64,000 nucleotides of DNA, from positions 8,432,001 through 8,496,000 of the forward strand of contig NC_086097.1 of assembly GCF_963921235.1 (NCBI RefSeq), written 5' to 3'. The notes under the pieces were generated by a model. It saw nothing but the letters and a program-made list of their open reading frames with translations, ran no database searches and was not told where the DNA came from. Shown one piece after another: positions 48,771 to 61,352 of the stretch (the first letter of the stretch is position 1; every line of letters begins with the position of its first letter). A program made the position numbers and the translations under genes. Origin of the DNA: Mobula hypostoma. Its lineage: Eukaryota.

Positions 48771-50394
48771 CAGCTGGTCCAGAGAATTTGACCATGAATT
48801 AGAGTCCCCACACTTTGAAATGCCAGTTCCTTCTTCATTAAGGAGAGACCAAGGAAATGAATAGAAGCCTTTGGTAGTACTGAGCTTTGTGGCTCAGATC
48901 TAGTTGTTTTTTAGGTTCATAGGGGTGGTTTGTAGGGCAGAGAGGGGATTTAGGGTCAGGTTAAAGTTTAAGGATAAGGATGTAGGGAACTAGTCAGGCT
49001 GGGATCTAGGGCCTCTGCTCTGCATATGACGGAGACCAATGGTGTGGATGTACTGTAGGACATCTGTAGATGGATGTCGGGCCAGCAGGTGCTGTGGATG
49101 AAGACCAAGGAGGATGAAGACTAGTGACTGCACTCCAACCCCTCGAGGATCAATGAATCTCCTCCAGAATCAGTGGGATCCGAGGTATGAAGGCAAGTGA
49201 CAGAGACCCCTAGATATGTGAATCGGCAAGTATGGAGTTTGATGCCTGGAGTTTGGATTCTTGTCATTGGCGAGTCTGGTGTTTGACGCCTGGAATTTGA
49301 CGTCCTGTCATCGGTGAGCCTTAGAGTTGACACCGAAGAGCAAAGCTCAAAGGCCAATTGGAAGACCAGAATTTGGGGCACGAAAGCTGAAAACCTAGGT
49401 CTGCAAACATGTGAGCCCATTTGAGGCTGCAGGCTAAGGCCGGTCCTGGGGTAGCAGGAGTGTCGGTGTTTGTCAATAGGTGGAGGAAGGGAAGGTTTTA
49501 TTTTGCTGTTGTTGTTTTATTGCTCATTGTAATCTGTGTTGTAGGCACACAAAGTTGGAGCCGGAATGTATGGCACACTTGTGGGCTGCCTCCAGCACAT
49601 CAATATATTGTGTTGGCTGTGAACACAAATGCATTTCACTGTATGTTTCAATGTAAATGATAAATAAATTAAACTGAGTTCAGGAAAATAATAATTGAAG
49701 ATTATTGATGCAGATCTAGGGCACGTCATTATGAAACCTGTTAGTGGGTGGGTGGATAGGAGAGAGAAAAGAGGTTTGTTTTGTTATTGCTGGCTGTTTT
49801 TGTTGTTCTGCTCAGCATTATGGTCTGCTACGTATGGTGACATGTGCTGGCTGTCCCCTTTGGTTGTTAACACAGACAACACATTTCACTTTATGTTTCG
49901 ATGTACATGTAATAAATAAATGATCTGAATGCAAATCCGTTTCCCACAGATAGCATGGGAGCACCAGAGAGCATGTCAGCTCTGAAGCTGTTCCTGCACA
50001 TCCAGCGAAAGGTTTAAAAGTCCAGAGACAGATTAATTTCATTCCACTTGGCTACACAACAGTGATGCAAATCTTAAGGGATATAGGCTTAAGAGATTAG
50101 GAAGAAAATTTAGGAACTGGATTTCAAAGCAGGGGAGGAGTTCTGATGAAGTAACTTGAAGGTCCAGATTTCTCTGAATATTTCAGCAATCAGTTCATTT
50201 TATCAAAAAAAAGCAATTCCTATCCAGAGGTTAGATTTGTTTCCCTGTCTGGTGAGGAATACTGTCAGAATAACAGTTTTCTGTACTTGGAATATATTGG
50301 TTCTGGATTTGGTTTCAAAGTGGCTTGAATATTTTGGAGCGGTCTGAGGAAAGTCAAGGAGGCATCACAGGCAAATATTGTGAAACATTTGGAT

Positions 50395-50665
50395 GTCACA
50401 GTAGCATAGTGGTTAGCGTGACACCATTATAATTCAGGGCGTCAGAGTTCAGAGTTCAATTCCAGAGCTGTATGTTAAGAAATTTGCACGTTTGTCCTGG
50501 GTGCCCAGGTTTCCTCCACAGACGTATCAGTTGATAGGTTAGTTGGTCATTATAAATTGTCCTGTGATTAGGCTAGGGTTAAATAGGTGGGTTGCTGGGC
50601 GGTGTGGCTCATTAGGCTGGAAAGGCCTGTTCTGCTCTGTATCTCTAAAACAAAATAAAATAATT
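50395..50665 (+). mobile_element. V-SINE
   Basis: A box tagcatagtgg, partial V core, CR1-like tail. Confidence 0.7.
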
Positions 50666-50805
50666 AGAAAGAATGGACCAGATTGTGAGGGAACCTAATG
50701 AAGTCATAGCGTCAAATAGCATGCAAACAGGCCCATTGTCCCAACCAGTCTATGTCTGTCAAAACTTGTCTCATTTTCCAGCATTTTGTCCACATCCCTT
50801 TAAAT

Positions 50806-50884
50806 CAGGGCTTCCCAACCTTTTTTATGCCATGGTCCAATACCATTAAGCAAGGGGTCCATGAACCCCAGGTTGGTTGGAAAC
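50806..50884. mobile_element. ~80-bp hAT (Charlie-type) MITE
   Basis: cagggcttcccaacc...ggttggaaac termini; subterminal blocks shared with 53904-55651. Confidence 0.65.
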
Positions 50885-50914
50885 AATTCCTATTTGTGTA
50901 CTATACCTGTACAA

Positions 50915-51400
50915 GGCTGTCCCTCTGTTGGTCAAAGTTGACCATGGATGTTGCATCCTAGGTGTTGAAGTTGATACACAAGCCAGAGCAGTACAGAACA
51001 AGTTGTTACTCACGCAGCAGGTTCCCCCTCTCCGTGCAGTTGAGAAATCCAAAGGAATGGCAGAGACTGACACAGATTGGCTCCAACTGTGTTGCTGGAT
51101 TTGCCCGTCAGTGTTGAACTCTACGTAGGACTGCCTTAGGGACTCCAACTCTGGAATTTTCCTTGAGTTTTACTCCCAAAGCCTTCCCCATGAGTGGGTA
51201 CAGTCGCAAGGCAGTGTAGTTTTGAGATTAGAGTTTTTCTTCTCCTAGATGGGCTGCCAACCATGGTTGTCAAGACCCCATATCCCCAAAGCGACTGATC
51301 TTAAGACACAGTAACCCGTCTTTGCTCGTTCTCCTGTCAGTTGAAACAGTTCGGCCATGTTTGGTAGCTAAGCTACACATGAAAGCCAGGAGCCAGGTTA
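50915..51400 (-). mobile_element. RTE-like non-autonomous element
   Basis: Reverse complement contains ggttggcagcccatctaggagaagaaaaactc, the motif seen twice at 11974-12103. Confidence 0.55.
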
Positions 51401-51802
51401 CCTGTCCAAGTGCCTTTTAAATGTTAATCTCTCTGCTTCAACAACTTCCTCGTGGAGCTCGGTCCATGTATGGATCATGCTCTAGGTGAAAATGTTGCCC
51501 CTCAGGTTCCTATGAAATCTTTCCTTTCTCACCCTAAACCTATGCCCTCTCGTTCTTGATTCCCCAACACTGGGAAAACGACGACGTGTATTCGCCTAAT
51601 CTCTGCACCACACTTGGGACATAGACAGGGTGAATTGTCATCGGAATCTTACTGGAGATCAGGTTGGCTGGATGAGTTCTTTTATAATCTGAATAGAAAG
51701 TCATTTAAAGCTTCCAGTTAGGATTCCTTGCACCCTTCAGCTGTCAGTTTTCCCAATGAATGGGCACCCAATCATAGAGTGTTAATGCTGAATGGAGCAC
51801 AA

Positions 51803-52045
51803 TGGCAGTTAGTGTGACGTTATTACAGCTCGGGACATTGGACTTCGGAATTCCAGTTCTGGCCTCCTCCCTGTTTGTATGTCCTTCTCCAGTTTCCTCC
51901 CACATTCCAAAGACCTACCATTTAGTAGTTAATTAGTCATTGTAAATTGTCCTATGATTAGGCTAGGGTTAAATCTCTGGGTTGCTGGGTGCTGAGGCTT
52001 GCAGGTCCTGTTCTGCACTGTACTGCTACATAGATAAATAAATAA
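51803..52045 (+). mobile_element. Degenerate V-SINE
   Basis: ccagtttcctcccacattccaaagac core and gtcattgtaaattgtcc block. Confidence 0.7.
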
Positions 52046-52504
52046 AAGGAAAGATTCAAGAGGTGAAACTACCTTAAATATTTAAATAAGCAACACGCTT
52101 GCTGAGGTTACCTCCAAGCTCACCCAGCCATGCTTTAGGTTTCATCCATCTAGGAAGTGTCTGGATTCAAGGCAGAATGGGAAATGGACTGAAGCCTGGC
52201 CAATGAAAATACCATGAAAACCCTTATATTTTTTTGGATTTAAACCTGACACCCATCACTCTCGCCACATTCCCATGATGTGAAAGACTACAAATTCCAG
52301 TAAAAGTGAACAGGAAAATAAAACTTCAAAACACATGAAATAATAATATTAATATAAACATTGCTGTTATAGTCTTATATTTGGAATTTGGGGAAGATAC
52401 ACAATGTGGTCTGGATGTCATAAAATCCATGTTGACAATCCAGAATTGTACTGAGGGGGTGTTATATTATCAGAGAGGAAACATTAAACACATTAAACAT
52501 GGAA

Positions 52505-53270
52505 CGTAGAAGATTGAGTGAAGGACCAATCGAGGTAGGTCTTTCTCAGTGAACAATAGGACACTGGGGAGTGTGGTAGAACAAAGGGATCTGGGAATAC
52601 AGGTCCATAATTCAATGAAAGTGGAGTCACTGGTAGGTAGGGTCATAAAGAAATCTTTTTGGCACATTGGCCTTCATAAATCAACGTATTGAGTACAGGA
52701 GATAAGATATTATATCGACATTGTGTGAGGCCTGATTTGGATATTGTGTGCAGTTTGGCTCACCTACTTACAGAAAAGATGTAAGTAAGTTTGAAGGAGT
52801 ACAGAGAAAATTTACAAAGATGTTGCCACATCTGGAGGACCTGAGTTATAAGGAAAGGTTGAATAAATTAGGACTTTATCCAATGGAACATGGAAGATGA
52901 AGAGAAGATTTGATAGAGGTATACCAAATTATGAGGGGTATGGAGAGGATAAATGCAAGCAGGCTTTTTCCACTGAGGTTGGCTGGGACTGCAATCAGAG
53001 GTCATGGGTTAAGGATGAAAAGTGAAAAGCTGAAAGGGAGCATGGGAGGAGGGGGAAGCTTCTTCACTCAGAGGATCATGGGTGTGTGGAATGAGCCGCC
53101 CACACAAGTGTGTATATGAGCTGATTTCAATGGTTAAGTGAAGTTTAGATAGGTACATGATGGTAGGGGTATTGAGAGCTGATTGATGGGAATAGGCAGT
53201 TTAAATGGTTCAACACAGACTAGATGAGCCAAAGGGCCAGTTTCTGTGCTGTATGATTCTGTGGTTCTAT
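52505..53270 (+). mobile_element. Old CR1 3' fragment
   Basis: LIEVYQIMRGMERINASRLFPL...RGHGLR coding remnant and CR1 3' UTR. Confidence 0.8.
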
Positions 53271-53459
53271 ATCTTCCCTTCAGAACAGGCAATGAATATG
53301 AACAGGGGAGTAAGTCCATATCCAGACCAATATACAGGTATGTCCCTCAACCAAGGAAATTCAAGAAGCAGAGAAAGATAATAATATAGTCAGGAATTCA
53401 AACAGCATGGAATGAGACCATTCAACCCAGCATATAAATGCCAACCAGAAGCATGGTTG

Positions 53460-53900
53460 CTTGAGTCCCGCACGATGTACTCCTAAGGGGTTATCTACTG
53501 GTGGGTTTTCAGTTGGCTGTTATAGCCAGTCTGGCATCCACATATTCTGGTGGCTGTTGTTAATGGTTGGGCCTTTTGGTTGCTCAGATTCTCTTTGCTC
53601 GTTGTGGCTCAGTGAGGTCATGTTCATGTAGCACACCTCTCCTTTGAACAGATTTCCTCTAGGTGTATTTATCGAGTGCAATATCTTCCCAGTTTTTACA
53701 CACAATGTTGACGTTCTTCAACCGTTCTTTGACGTGCCCTTTGCCCACCAGGGGCTCGCTAATCTTCCCTTAACTGGGAGTAAAGGATCCATCGGGGAGG
53801 TGATTCATACAAACCCCATCTAGGACCTTCGTATTCTAATTCTGTTTACCAGTACTTGATTTGTGGTCTTCTTTGTGCTGGGGGTTTAATTGTTCATCTA
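53460..53900 (-). mobile_element. Decayed RTE-clade LINE 3' fragment
   Basis: Minus-strand peptides ILYSQLRED*RAPGGQR, NWEDIALD, RICGCQ and SQLKTH resemble the RTE C-terminus. Confidence 0.6.
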
Positions 53901-53903
53901 TAG

Positions 53904-55651
53904 AAGAGGTCCTTAACTTTTTTTAATGCCATGGACCACTTTGGCAGTCCAGTGAAGCCTATGGACCCCTTCTAAGAATAATGTAAATAAATACAGGTAT
54001 TGAAATACAGGTATTGAAATACATAAGAAACTAATTTGTGATAGAGTGATATATGTGCTTTACATTAATGCATTAAATAACAAGACTACATTAAAAATAT
54101 AGGCATTAAAATTAAATTTTGTGTTTTAAAGACACATCAGTGTGAAGGCGGTTGTTGTTTAGCTTGAATAAGAACATTAAGCTGTGGGGTGATCTTTGAC
54201 AAAGCAACATGCACGTTATGTTGGACATCCAATTAATTTTGATTATTTGTTTTAATGGGTACAAGTGTTGAAAATTCTGATTTGTGAAGATATGTTGTTG
54301 CATATGGAATTAAAGATTTCCATAGCTCTCATTAAAAGGAGAGCGTAGGCTGCCGACAGAAAGACTGCAATCACATTCAACCTAGCAGTGGATCTAATAA
54401 CTACGGTAATTTTGAAGTCGTGATCAGTGTGCCGTAAATGATATTTTGAGATATTTGTAAGAACTGTAATGTGATCAGAATCAGGTTTAATATCACTGAC
54501 ATATGTCATGAAATTTGTTAACTTTGGCGGTAGCAGTACAATACAATACAATATAGAAAATAACTGAATTACGGTAATTATATATATGTTTATTAAATAC
54601 TTCAGTTAAAATAAATAGTGCAAAAACAGAAATAAAACAAGAAAGTAGTGAGGTAGTGTTCATGGGTTCAATGTCCATTTAGAAACTGAATGACAGAGGG
54701 GAAGAAGCTGTTCCAGAATCATTGAGTGTGTGCCTTCAGGCTTCTGTACCTCCTTCCTGATGGTAACAATGAGAAGGGGGCATGCCCTGGGTGGTGATAT
54801 AAAAATATCTGTGATTTATTCTGATGACAAAGTCACAGGTACTGCGAATATGACCTTTGTTTGTTTCCTACATTCATAATTTGAAGTTTCAAAGTAAAAT
54901 TTATTATCGGAGTACATACATGTCACCACATACAACCCTGAGATTCATTTTCCTGCAGGTATACTCAGCAAATCTATAGAACAGTAACCATAAACAGGAT
55001 CAATGAACAACAAACTGTGCAAATGCAAATATAAATAAGTGGCAATAGATAATGAGTATGAAAACAAGATAAAGAGTCCTTGAAGTGAGACCTTTGGTTG
55101 TAGGAACACCGGAAATGAATGAGTATAGTTATTCACTTCTGTTCAAGAACCTGATAGTTGAGGGATAGTAACTGTTTTTGAACCTGATGGTGCACGTTTT
55201 GAGGCACCTCTACCTTCTACCTGACGGCAGCAGTGCGAAAGGAGCATGGCCTGGGTGGTGAGGATCTTTGATGATGGATGCTGCTTTTCTGCAGCAACGT
55301 TTCATGTAGGTGCGCTCAGAGGTTGGGAGGGATTTAACAATGATGTATTGGGCCAAATCCACTACCTTTTGTAGAATCTTCCACTCAAAGACATTAGTGT
55401 TCCCATACCAGGCTGTAATGCAGTCAGTAAACAAACTTTCCAACACACATCTATAGAAGTTTGCCAAGGTTTTCAATGACGTGCCGAATCTCCTCATTCT
55501 TCAGAGGAAGTAGAGGCGATGTCATGTTTTCTTGGCAATTACATTGGAATTATAGTTGAAGGAAAATCTGATTTTCAGTTAGAGATTAGCAAAAATAAAG
55601 ATGTAAATTTTTTCCCTATCCAAGTTCATGGACCCTAGGTTAAGAACCCCG
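53904..55651 (-). mobile_element. Charlie-type hAT DNA transposon with transposase C-terminal remnant and two nested Rex-type LINE tails (54472-54797, 54885-55545)
   Basis: Termini agaggtccttaac / ggttaagaacccc; 54137-54310 (-) reads IPYATTYLHKSEFSTLVPIKTNNQN*LDVQHNVHVALSKITPQLNVLIQAKQQPPSH*, the hAT dimerization domain. Confidence 0.8.
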
Positions 55652-56744
55652 ATATAAATACTTCTTTACAATTCTGAGAGTAGCTGGTTCCATCACCTGA
55701 TGAAGCAGTGCATTCAAATAACCTCTGCTGAAAAAAAAGACTCTGTTTCCTTCCTAAAGATTTAGTCTTTACTTTTAAATGCTTTTGCTATGAGAAATAA
55801 TACCCAATGATCTGCCATATCCAGGCACTTATGATATTGTCTACATCTATCAGCCTCTGTCCCATCACTCCACACAGCAAATGATCCTCTTCTACTCCAG
55901 GGAAACCAGATTGGTTCCAAATATATACTGATGCTAGGTTAATTGGTCAGTTTAAATTGTCCTGTGATTAGACTAGGGTTGATCAGTTTGGGGTTGTTGG
56001 AGTAGCATGGCTCAAAGGGCCAGAAGGGCCATTTCTGTGCTGTATCTCTAACTAAATGACCACTGTATTTTCCCAATGCTATGTTGCTGTTTCTGCGATC
56101 TTGCGGTATATAAGCTGGCTGCTTTCTTTCCTAACTGAGACCAAGAATGACATTTAGAGGGTGCTTCATCAAAGTATGTTTGATGTTTAGATTTCTGTAA
56201 ATGGTCAGTAAAAGAGTCAGAATCATAAAAGTTGTGAAATTTGTTGTTTTGTGGCATCATAAATTACAGTAATTTACAAAATAAATAAGTAATAAATAGT
56301 GTGAAACTCAAGTATTATGGGTTCAAGGACTGTTCTGATGTCTGATGTCAGGGTGATTCAAGATTCAAGATTGCTTTTCAGTATACAAGTGTAAAGGAGA
56401 ACAAAATTGTTGTTACTCTGAATCTGATGCAGCACAAATAACAACATAACAAGACGAAGAACTATAATAATAAAAAAAACACAATAAATATGCGTACGTA
56501 AGGTAGATTATTCACAGGATTGATTATGTGTATATAAAGTGAGGGTCTGTACATACGGTGACTCTGAAAGGAAATGATACAGTAGTGATGATTGGGAGTG
56601 TGGAGGGATGGGTTAGTGGGTGGAGGCGTTGATCAGCCTTACTGTTTGGGGAAAGTAATTACCTTGGAGTCTGATGGTCCTGGTGTGGATGAAGCTGCTT
56701 CTAAAGTATTGAGTTTGGGTCTTCAGGCTCCTGCACCCTGTAAT

Positions 56745-58700
56745 TTCCTGGTTTATTCTTAGTGTCTTTCTTAAATAACAGGACAGCCAACACCTCCTCC
56801 TCTGTAATTTGAATAGGGTCCATGACCTATGCTGCTGCATTGCCTCATATTTATATATGTGTAAATATAGGTGCAAAAATCCATTTAAGATTTCTCCCAT
56901 CTCTATCAGCTCCACACGTAGATTACCAATCTGATCTTCCAGAAGACCAGTTGTGTCCCTCGCTATCTTTTTGCTCATAATATATCTGTAGAAGTCCTTA
57001 GCATTCTCTTTCACCTTGTCCGCTAGTGCAACTTCATGCCTTCCTTTAGCCCTCCTGATTTCCTCCTTAAGTGTTCTCTTGCAATCCTTATACTCGAGTA
57101 TCTCATTTGTTCCTGCTTGCCTATATCTACAATGCACCTCCTTCTTTTTCTTAACCTATGCCTCAATATCTATTTGATAACCAAAGTTCCATAAACCTGT
57201 TGTCCTTGTCTTTTACTCAGACAGGAACATATAAAATCTGTACTCTCAATATTGCACTTTTGAAGGCCTCCCACTCACCAAGTACATTTTTGAAAAAACA
57301 ACCAGTATCAATCCACATTTACTATAACCTTTCTGATACAATCAAAATTGTACTTACTCCAATTTAGAACCCTAACCTGCGGACCAGAGCTATTCTTTTC
57401 CAAAATTACCTTGATCACTAAATGCAAAGTGTTCCTTTGCACAATCTTCTGTCTCCTGCCCTATCTCATTCCCTAATAAGAGATCTAGTATTACAAACTC
57501 TCTAGTTTGGACTTCTATGTACTGTTTAAGGAAACATTCCTGAACACACTTGACAAACTCTTTCCCATCCAGACCTTTTACAGCATGTAAGTCCCAGTCA
57601 ATATGCGGAAAGTTAAAATCACCTACTATCACAACCTTATTTTTCATGCAACAGTCTGTTCTGTCTCTACAAATTTGCTCCTGTAAATCCCACAGACTAT
57701 TGGATGATCTGTAATATAATCCCTTTAACCCGGTCATACCTTTCTTATTCCTCAGTTCCACCCATAAAGCCTCACTAGACAAGTTCTCCAGTCTGCCTTG
57801 ACTGACCAAAGCCATTTTCTCTGACCAATAAGTCCACCCCTCACCCTTTAATCAGTCCCACCCTATCACATGTAAAACAAAGGAACCCCAGAATACAGAG
57901 CTGCTAGTAATGCCCCTCCTGCGACTACAACGTCATAATACCATGTGTTGATTCATGCTCCGTGCTCATCTGCCTTTCCTACAATACTTGCTTTGAAATA
58001 TGCACAGCTCAGAACATTAGTCTCACCAAGCTCAACCTTTTAATTCCTTACCTTGTATATAGGCTTCATAACATGCTTTTCCACAGCCATTCCACTATCT
58101 GTTCTGGTGCTTTGGCTCCAATCTCCTTGAATCTCTTTTTAAACCACCACCCCCACCCTTACCATGCAGTACTAGCAGACCTCCCTGCCCCTCCTGTTCA
58201 TGTGCAAACCAATCCTTCTCTACAGGTCCCATCTTCCCTGGAAGAAAGCCCAACGATCCAAAAAATCTGAAGCCTTCTCTCCTCCACCAACTCCTTAGTC
58301 ACATGTTAAACTGTATGATCTTCCTATTTCTGGCCTCACTACAAGTGCCATGGGTAGCAATCCTGAGATCTCAACCCTGGGGGTCCTGTCCTTCACCTTA
58401 CCACCTAACTCCATGAACTCACTTTGCAGAACCTCATCACAACTTGGACACGATGCCTGGCTGTTCTCTCTTCCACTTAAGAAGGCTGTGGACTGGATCC
58501 AAGGTATCCCTGACGCCGGCACCCAGAAGGCAACAATCTATCTGGGAATCTCATTCTCATCCACTGAACCTTCTTTCTGTTCTCCTAACCAATGAATCCC
58601 CTTTCACTAAAACATGCCTCTTCTCTTTCCTTCCCTTCTGAGCCACAGGGCCAGACTCAGTGCCAGAGACTTGACAGTTGTGGTCTTCCACTGCTAGGTC
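56745..58700 (-). mobile_element. Old CR1 5' portion: ORF1 esterase and ORF2 APE/linker
   Basis: RHVLVKGDSLVRRTERRF (GDSL block I) near 58560-58620; VVIVGDFNFPHIDW in 57390-57815. Confidence 0.8.
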
Positions 58701-59105
58701 AAAAAATATATTATCCAGTGCATTTTTGGAATGTGGGAGCACCCGGAGGAAACTCACAAAGTCATGGAGAAAATGTAAAAACTCCTGACAAACAGTGCCG
58801 TAATTGAACTCTGAAATCCGATGCCCTGAGTTCTATTAGCTTCACACAAACCATGACACCCCAAGAGCCTGGGTGGAGAGAAAATGGGGATAGAACAAGT
58901 AAGTGGAATTGAGGTAAAAGTTCAGCATTGATCTTACAGCGTGGTGAACAGACTCAAGGGGCCTTCCCTTCTTCTTCCAATTCATATGTTCTTATAACTG
59001 ATTCAATTACACATAAAAAGCAGGCTGCAAAGTTAAAATGAATTTGCATGGAATCCGATTCACTTCTGTGGTTTCTGCAGAAAGGCAGCAGGCCAAGATG
59101 ACCTA

Positions 59106-59634
59106 CAGTACTGTGCAAAAGTCTTACGCACATATGTGTTACTAGGGTGCCTAAGACTTTTGCACAGGACTCTAGTAATTCTATGTATTGCACTGTACTG
59201 CTGCCCCCCCCCCCAAAAAAACACATTTCTTGAGGTGTGAGTGATGATAAAGCTGATTCTGAAATGGGTCTCGATTGTGGGCTGAGAGTGGGAAGGGGCC
59301 AAGGAGAGGGGAATCATAGTTGGCAAATTGGAAGGGAGAGGGGAGGGAGCGGGAAGCATTAGAGAGACATTCTGTAATGATCAATAAACCAATTGTTTGT
59401 AATCAAGTTACCTTGTCTGATGTCTCGGGGCTGGATATGTCTGCACCCTCACCATCGCTGACCCTGGCATTCCTTCGCTGTCACCTGTCCAAACCCCTCC
59501 CACATCGCCCCATCCTCACCATTCCCAGCATCCTTTGCTCTCACTAGATTGACAGACTCACTCTCTTCTCCACGTTGACAGAAGTCTGTGGCACCCTAGG
59601 TATATAAAATGCCTAAGACTTCTGAACAGTACTC
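59106..59634 (+). mobile_element. Composite Tc1/mariner-like MITE bounded by two mini-palindromes and containing a LINE tail
   Basis: TA|cagtactgtgcaaaagtctta ... taagacttctgaacagtactc|TA; inner TIR copies at 59152-59174 and ~59578-59596. Confidence 0.7.
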
Positions 59635-60644
59635 TACAATCCAGCCAACCAGTCAATCAATGGAGGAGATAGTTGGAGATGCTGGCTTCTTTGGCATTTT
59701 ATCCCTCATTGTTCTACATCTCGGGCAAAAGCTCTTCAAACTACTCAAAGGCAGGAAGCGCATACATATTTTGTAAGTCTTTTGAGATGCAAATTTTGGG
59801 TGCAGTCTCAGGAATATTTCATTGACAGCATTAATAGTAAACTGATGAGCATGATAAATTATTAACGGCATTCTGCTAAAAAAAGGCAATTTTTAGTTTT
59901 GAATAACCAAAAAGGAGCAAGGATTATCTGTTGGATCATTTGCACTATTTTTATTTATAAGTTTGTGATGTCACCAAGCTGGGATTTCTTGATATTGCTA
60001 TGCACTATAAATAGGCAGAGAGAGGGACCCAGACTTTTTACTTTTGACTTCTACTGGATTTTTGATTTTTGGTGCTACTGTAACTCTGTCCCCTAAGTCA
60101 TCTCAGAATTTGATCATTATTGACTTCAGTGTCATTAAACACCAAAGACATCACCTCTGGAATATATTCCCTAAGCTTTCTGGCTCATTTAAGAAATGCC
60201 TTAACACTAACCCTTTTGACAAGTTCTGAGTTATCTGTCCCACTATCTCATTGCTTTAGTTTTCTGCTTGATAATGAAATTTCAGTGAAATGCCTTGGGA
60301 TGCTTTGCTGTGCTCAAGGTGCTGTGTAAATTGATGTTTTTGTTGTCGATTGTCACACCAAGTGGGTGGTGTTGATGCAGTTCTCTAACTGTTCTGCATC
60401 CATGAAAAGGCATAAAGAGCAGAACGTGGTGATTATTTAGTTCTGTTTCGTGGGAGCTTGCTAAATGCAAATTGGCTGGTGCTTTGCACTCCTTACACGT
60501 TGACCAAACACGCAGATAGGATGGTAAAGAAGGCATGTGATATGTTTGCCATCGTTGGTAGGGGGCATTGAGAATAAAAGTAAGGAAGTTGTGTTGTAGC
60601 TATGTAAAACTTTGATTAGGCTCAAGATTGTTTCATGTCACAAG

Positions 60645-60780
60645 ATACTAGAAAATCTGCAGATGCTGGAAATCTAAAGCAGCACACACAAAATGCTGGA
60701 GGAACTCAGCAGGTCAGGCAGCATCTATGGAAATGAATAAGCAGTTGATGTTTCGGGCTGAGACCCTTCATCAGGACTGG
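60645..60780 (-). mobile_element. Penelope-derived terminal repeat
   Basis: Best-preserved copy of the atctgcagatgctgga...aaaatgctggaggaactcagcagg repeat. Confidence 0.85.
60742..60779 (-). ncRNA. Minimal type I hammerhead ribozyme motif
   Basis: Reverse complement: CAGUC-CUGAUGA-A-GGGU-CUCA-GCCC-GAAA-C-AUC-AACUG; full catalytic core, stem II, and stem I with one mismatch. Confidence 0.7.
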
Positions 60781-60884
60781 TTTAATGTAATTTTCTGTAA
60801 ACAAGTGTAAGGAGAACAAAATAATTGTGATTCTAGTTCCAATGCAATATATACATAAGTTTATAAATCTGGCAGGGGTAAATG

Positions 60885-61352
60885 ATGTTGGGACTGACGA
60901 AGGTGGAATGCCAAAGGAGAGGTGGGAGGGGTGTGAGACAGGTGTCAGAGAAGGGGTGCCGGGGCAAGGGTGGTGCGGATACAGACGCACCCACTCAGCC
61001 GGGTGTGGCTGCACCAGCGCTACCCTGCCCTGAGACACCAGGTAAGGCCATTAGATTTCAACCAGTTAGTTTAATAATCATTGCAGAATGTCTGTCTGGT
61101 GCTTCATTCTCCCTTTGCTCTCCCTTCCCCTTTTGTCAAACATGACTCCTCCGTCTCTGCCCCCCTTCCCACTCTCAGTCCACAATTGAGACTCATACCA
61201 GGATCAAGTCTATCATCACTCATATATGTCATGAAAATTGTTTTTTTTGTGGCTGCAGTACAGTGTAATACATAAAATTACTAAAGTACTATTCAAATTT
61301 CTTAAGCCCCCTAGCTATATCTATGAGTCTCAGACTTCTGCACAGTGCTGTA
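60885..61352 (-). mobile_element. Second, inverted copy of the composite MITE (one end missing)
   Basis: Reverse complement is collinear with 59104-59530: mini-palindrome, LINE tail, gactgagagtgggaagggg core. Confidence 0.75.

Noticed and set aside
59842..59885. CTGATGA as another hammerhead core or snoRNA box
   Set aside because: No correctly placed GAAA after the potential stem, and no convincing C/D box pair with a terminal stem.
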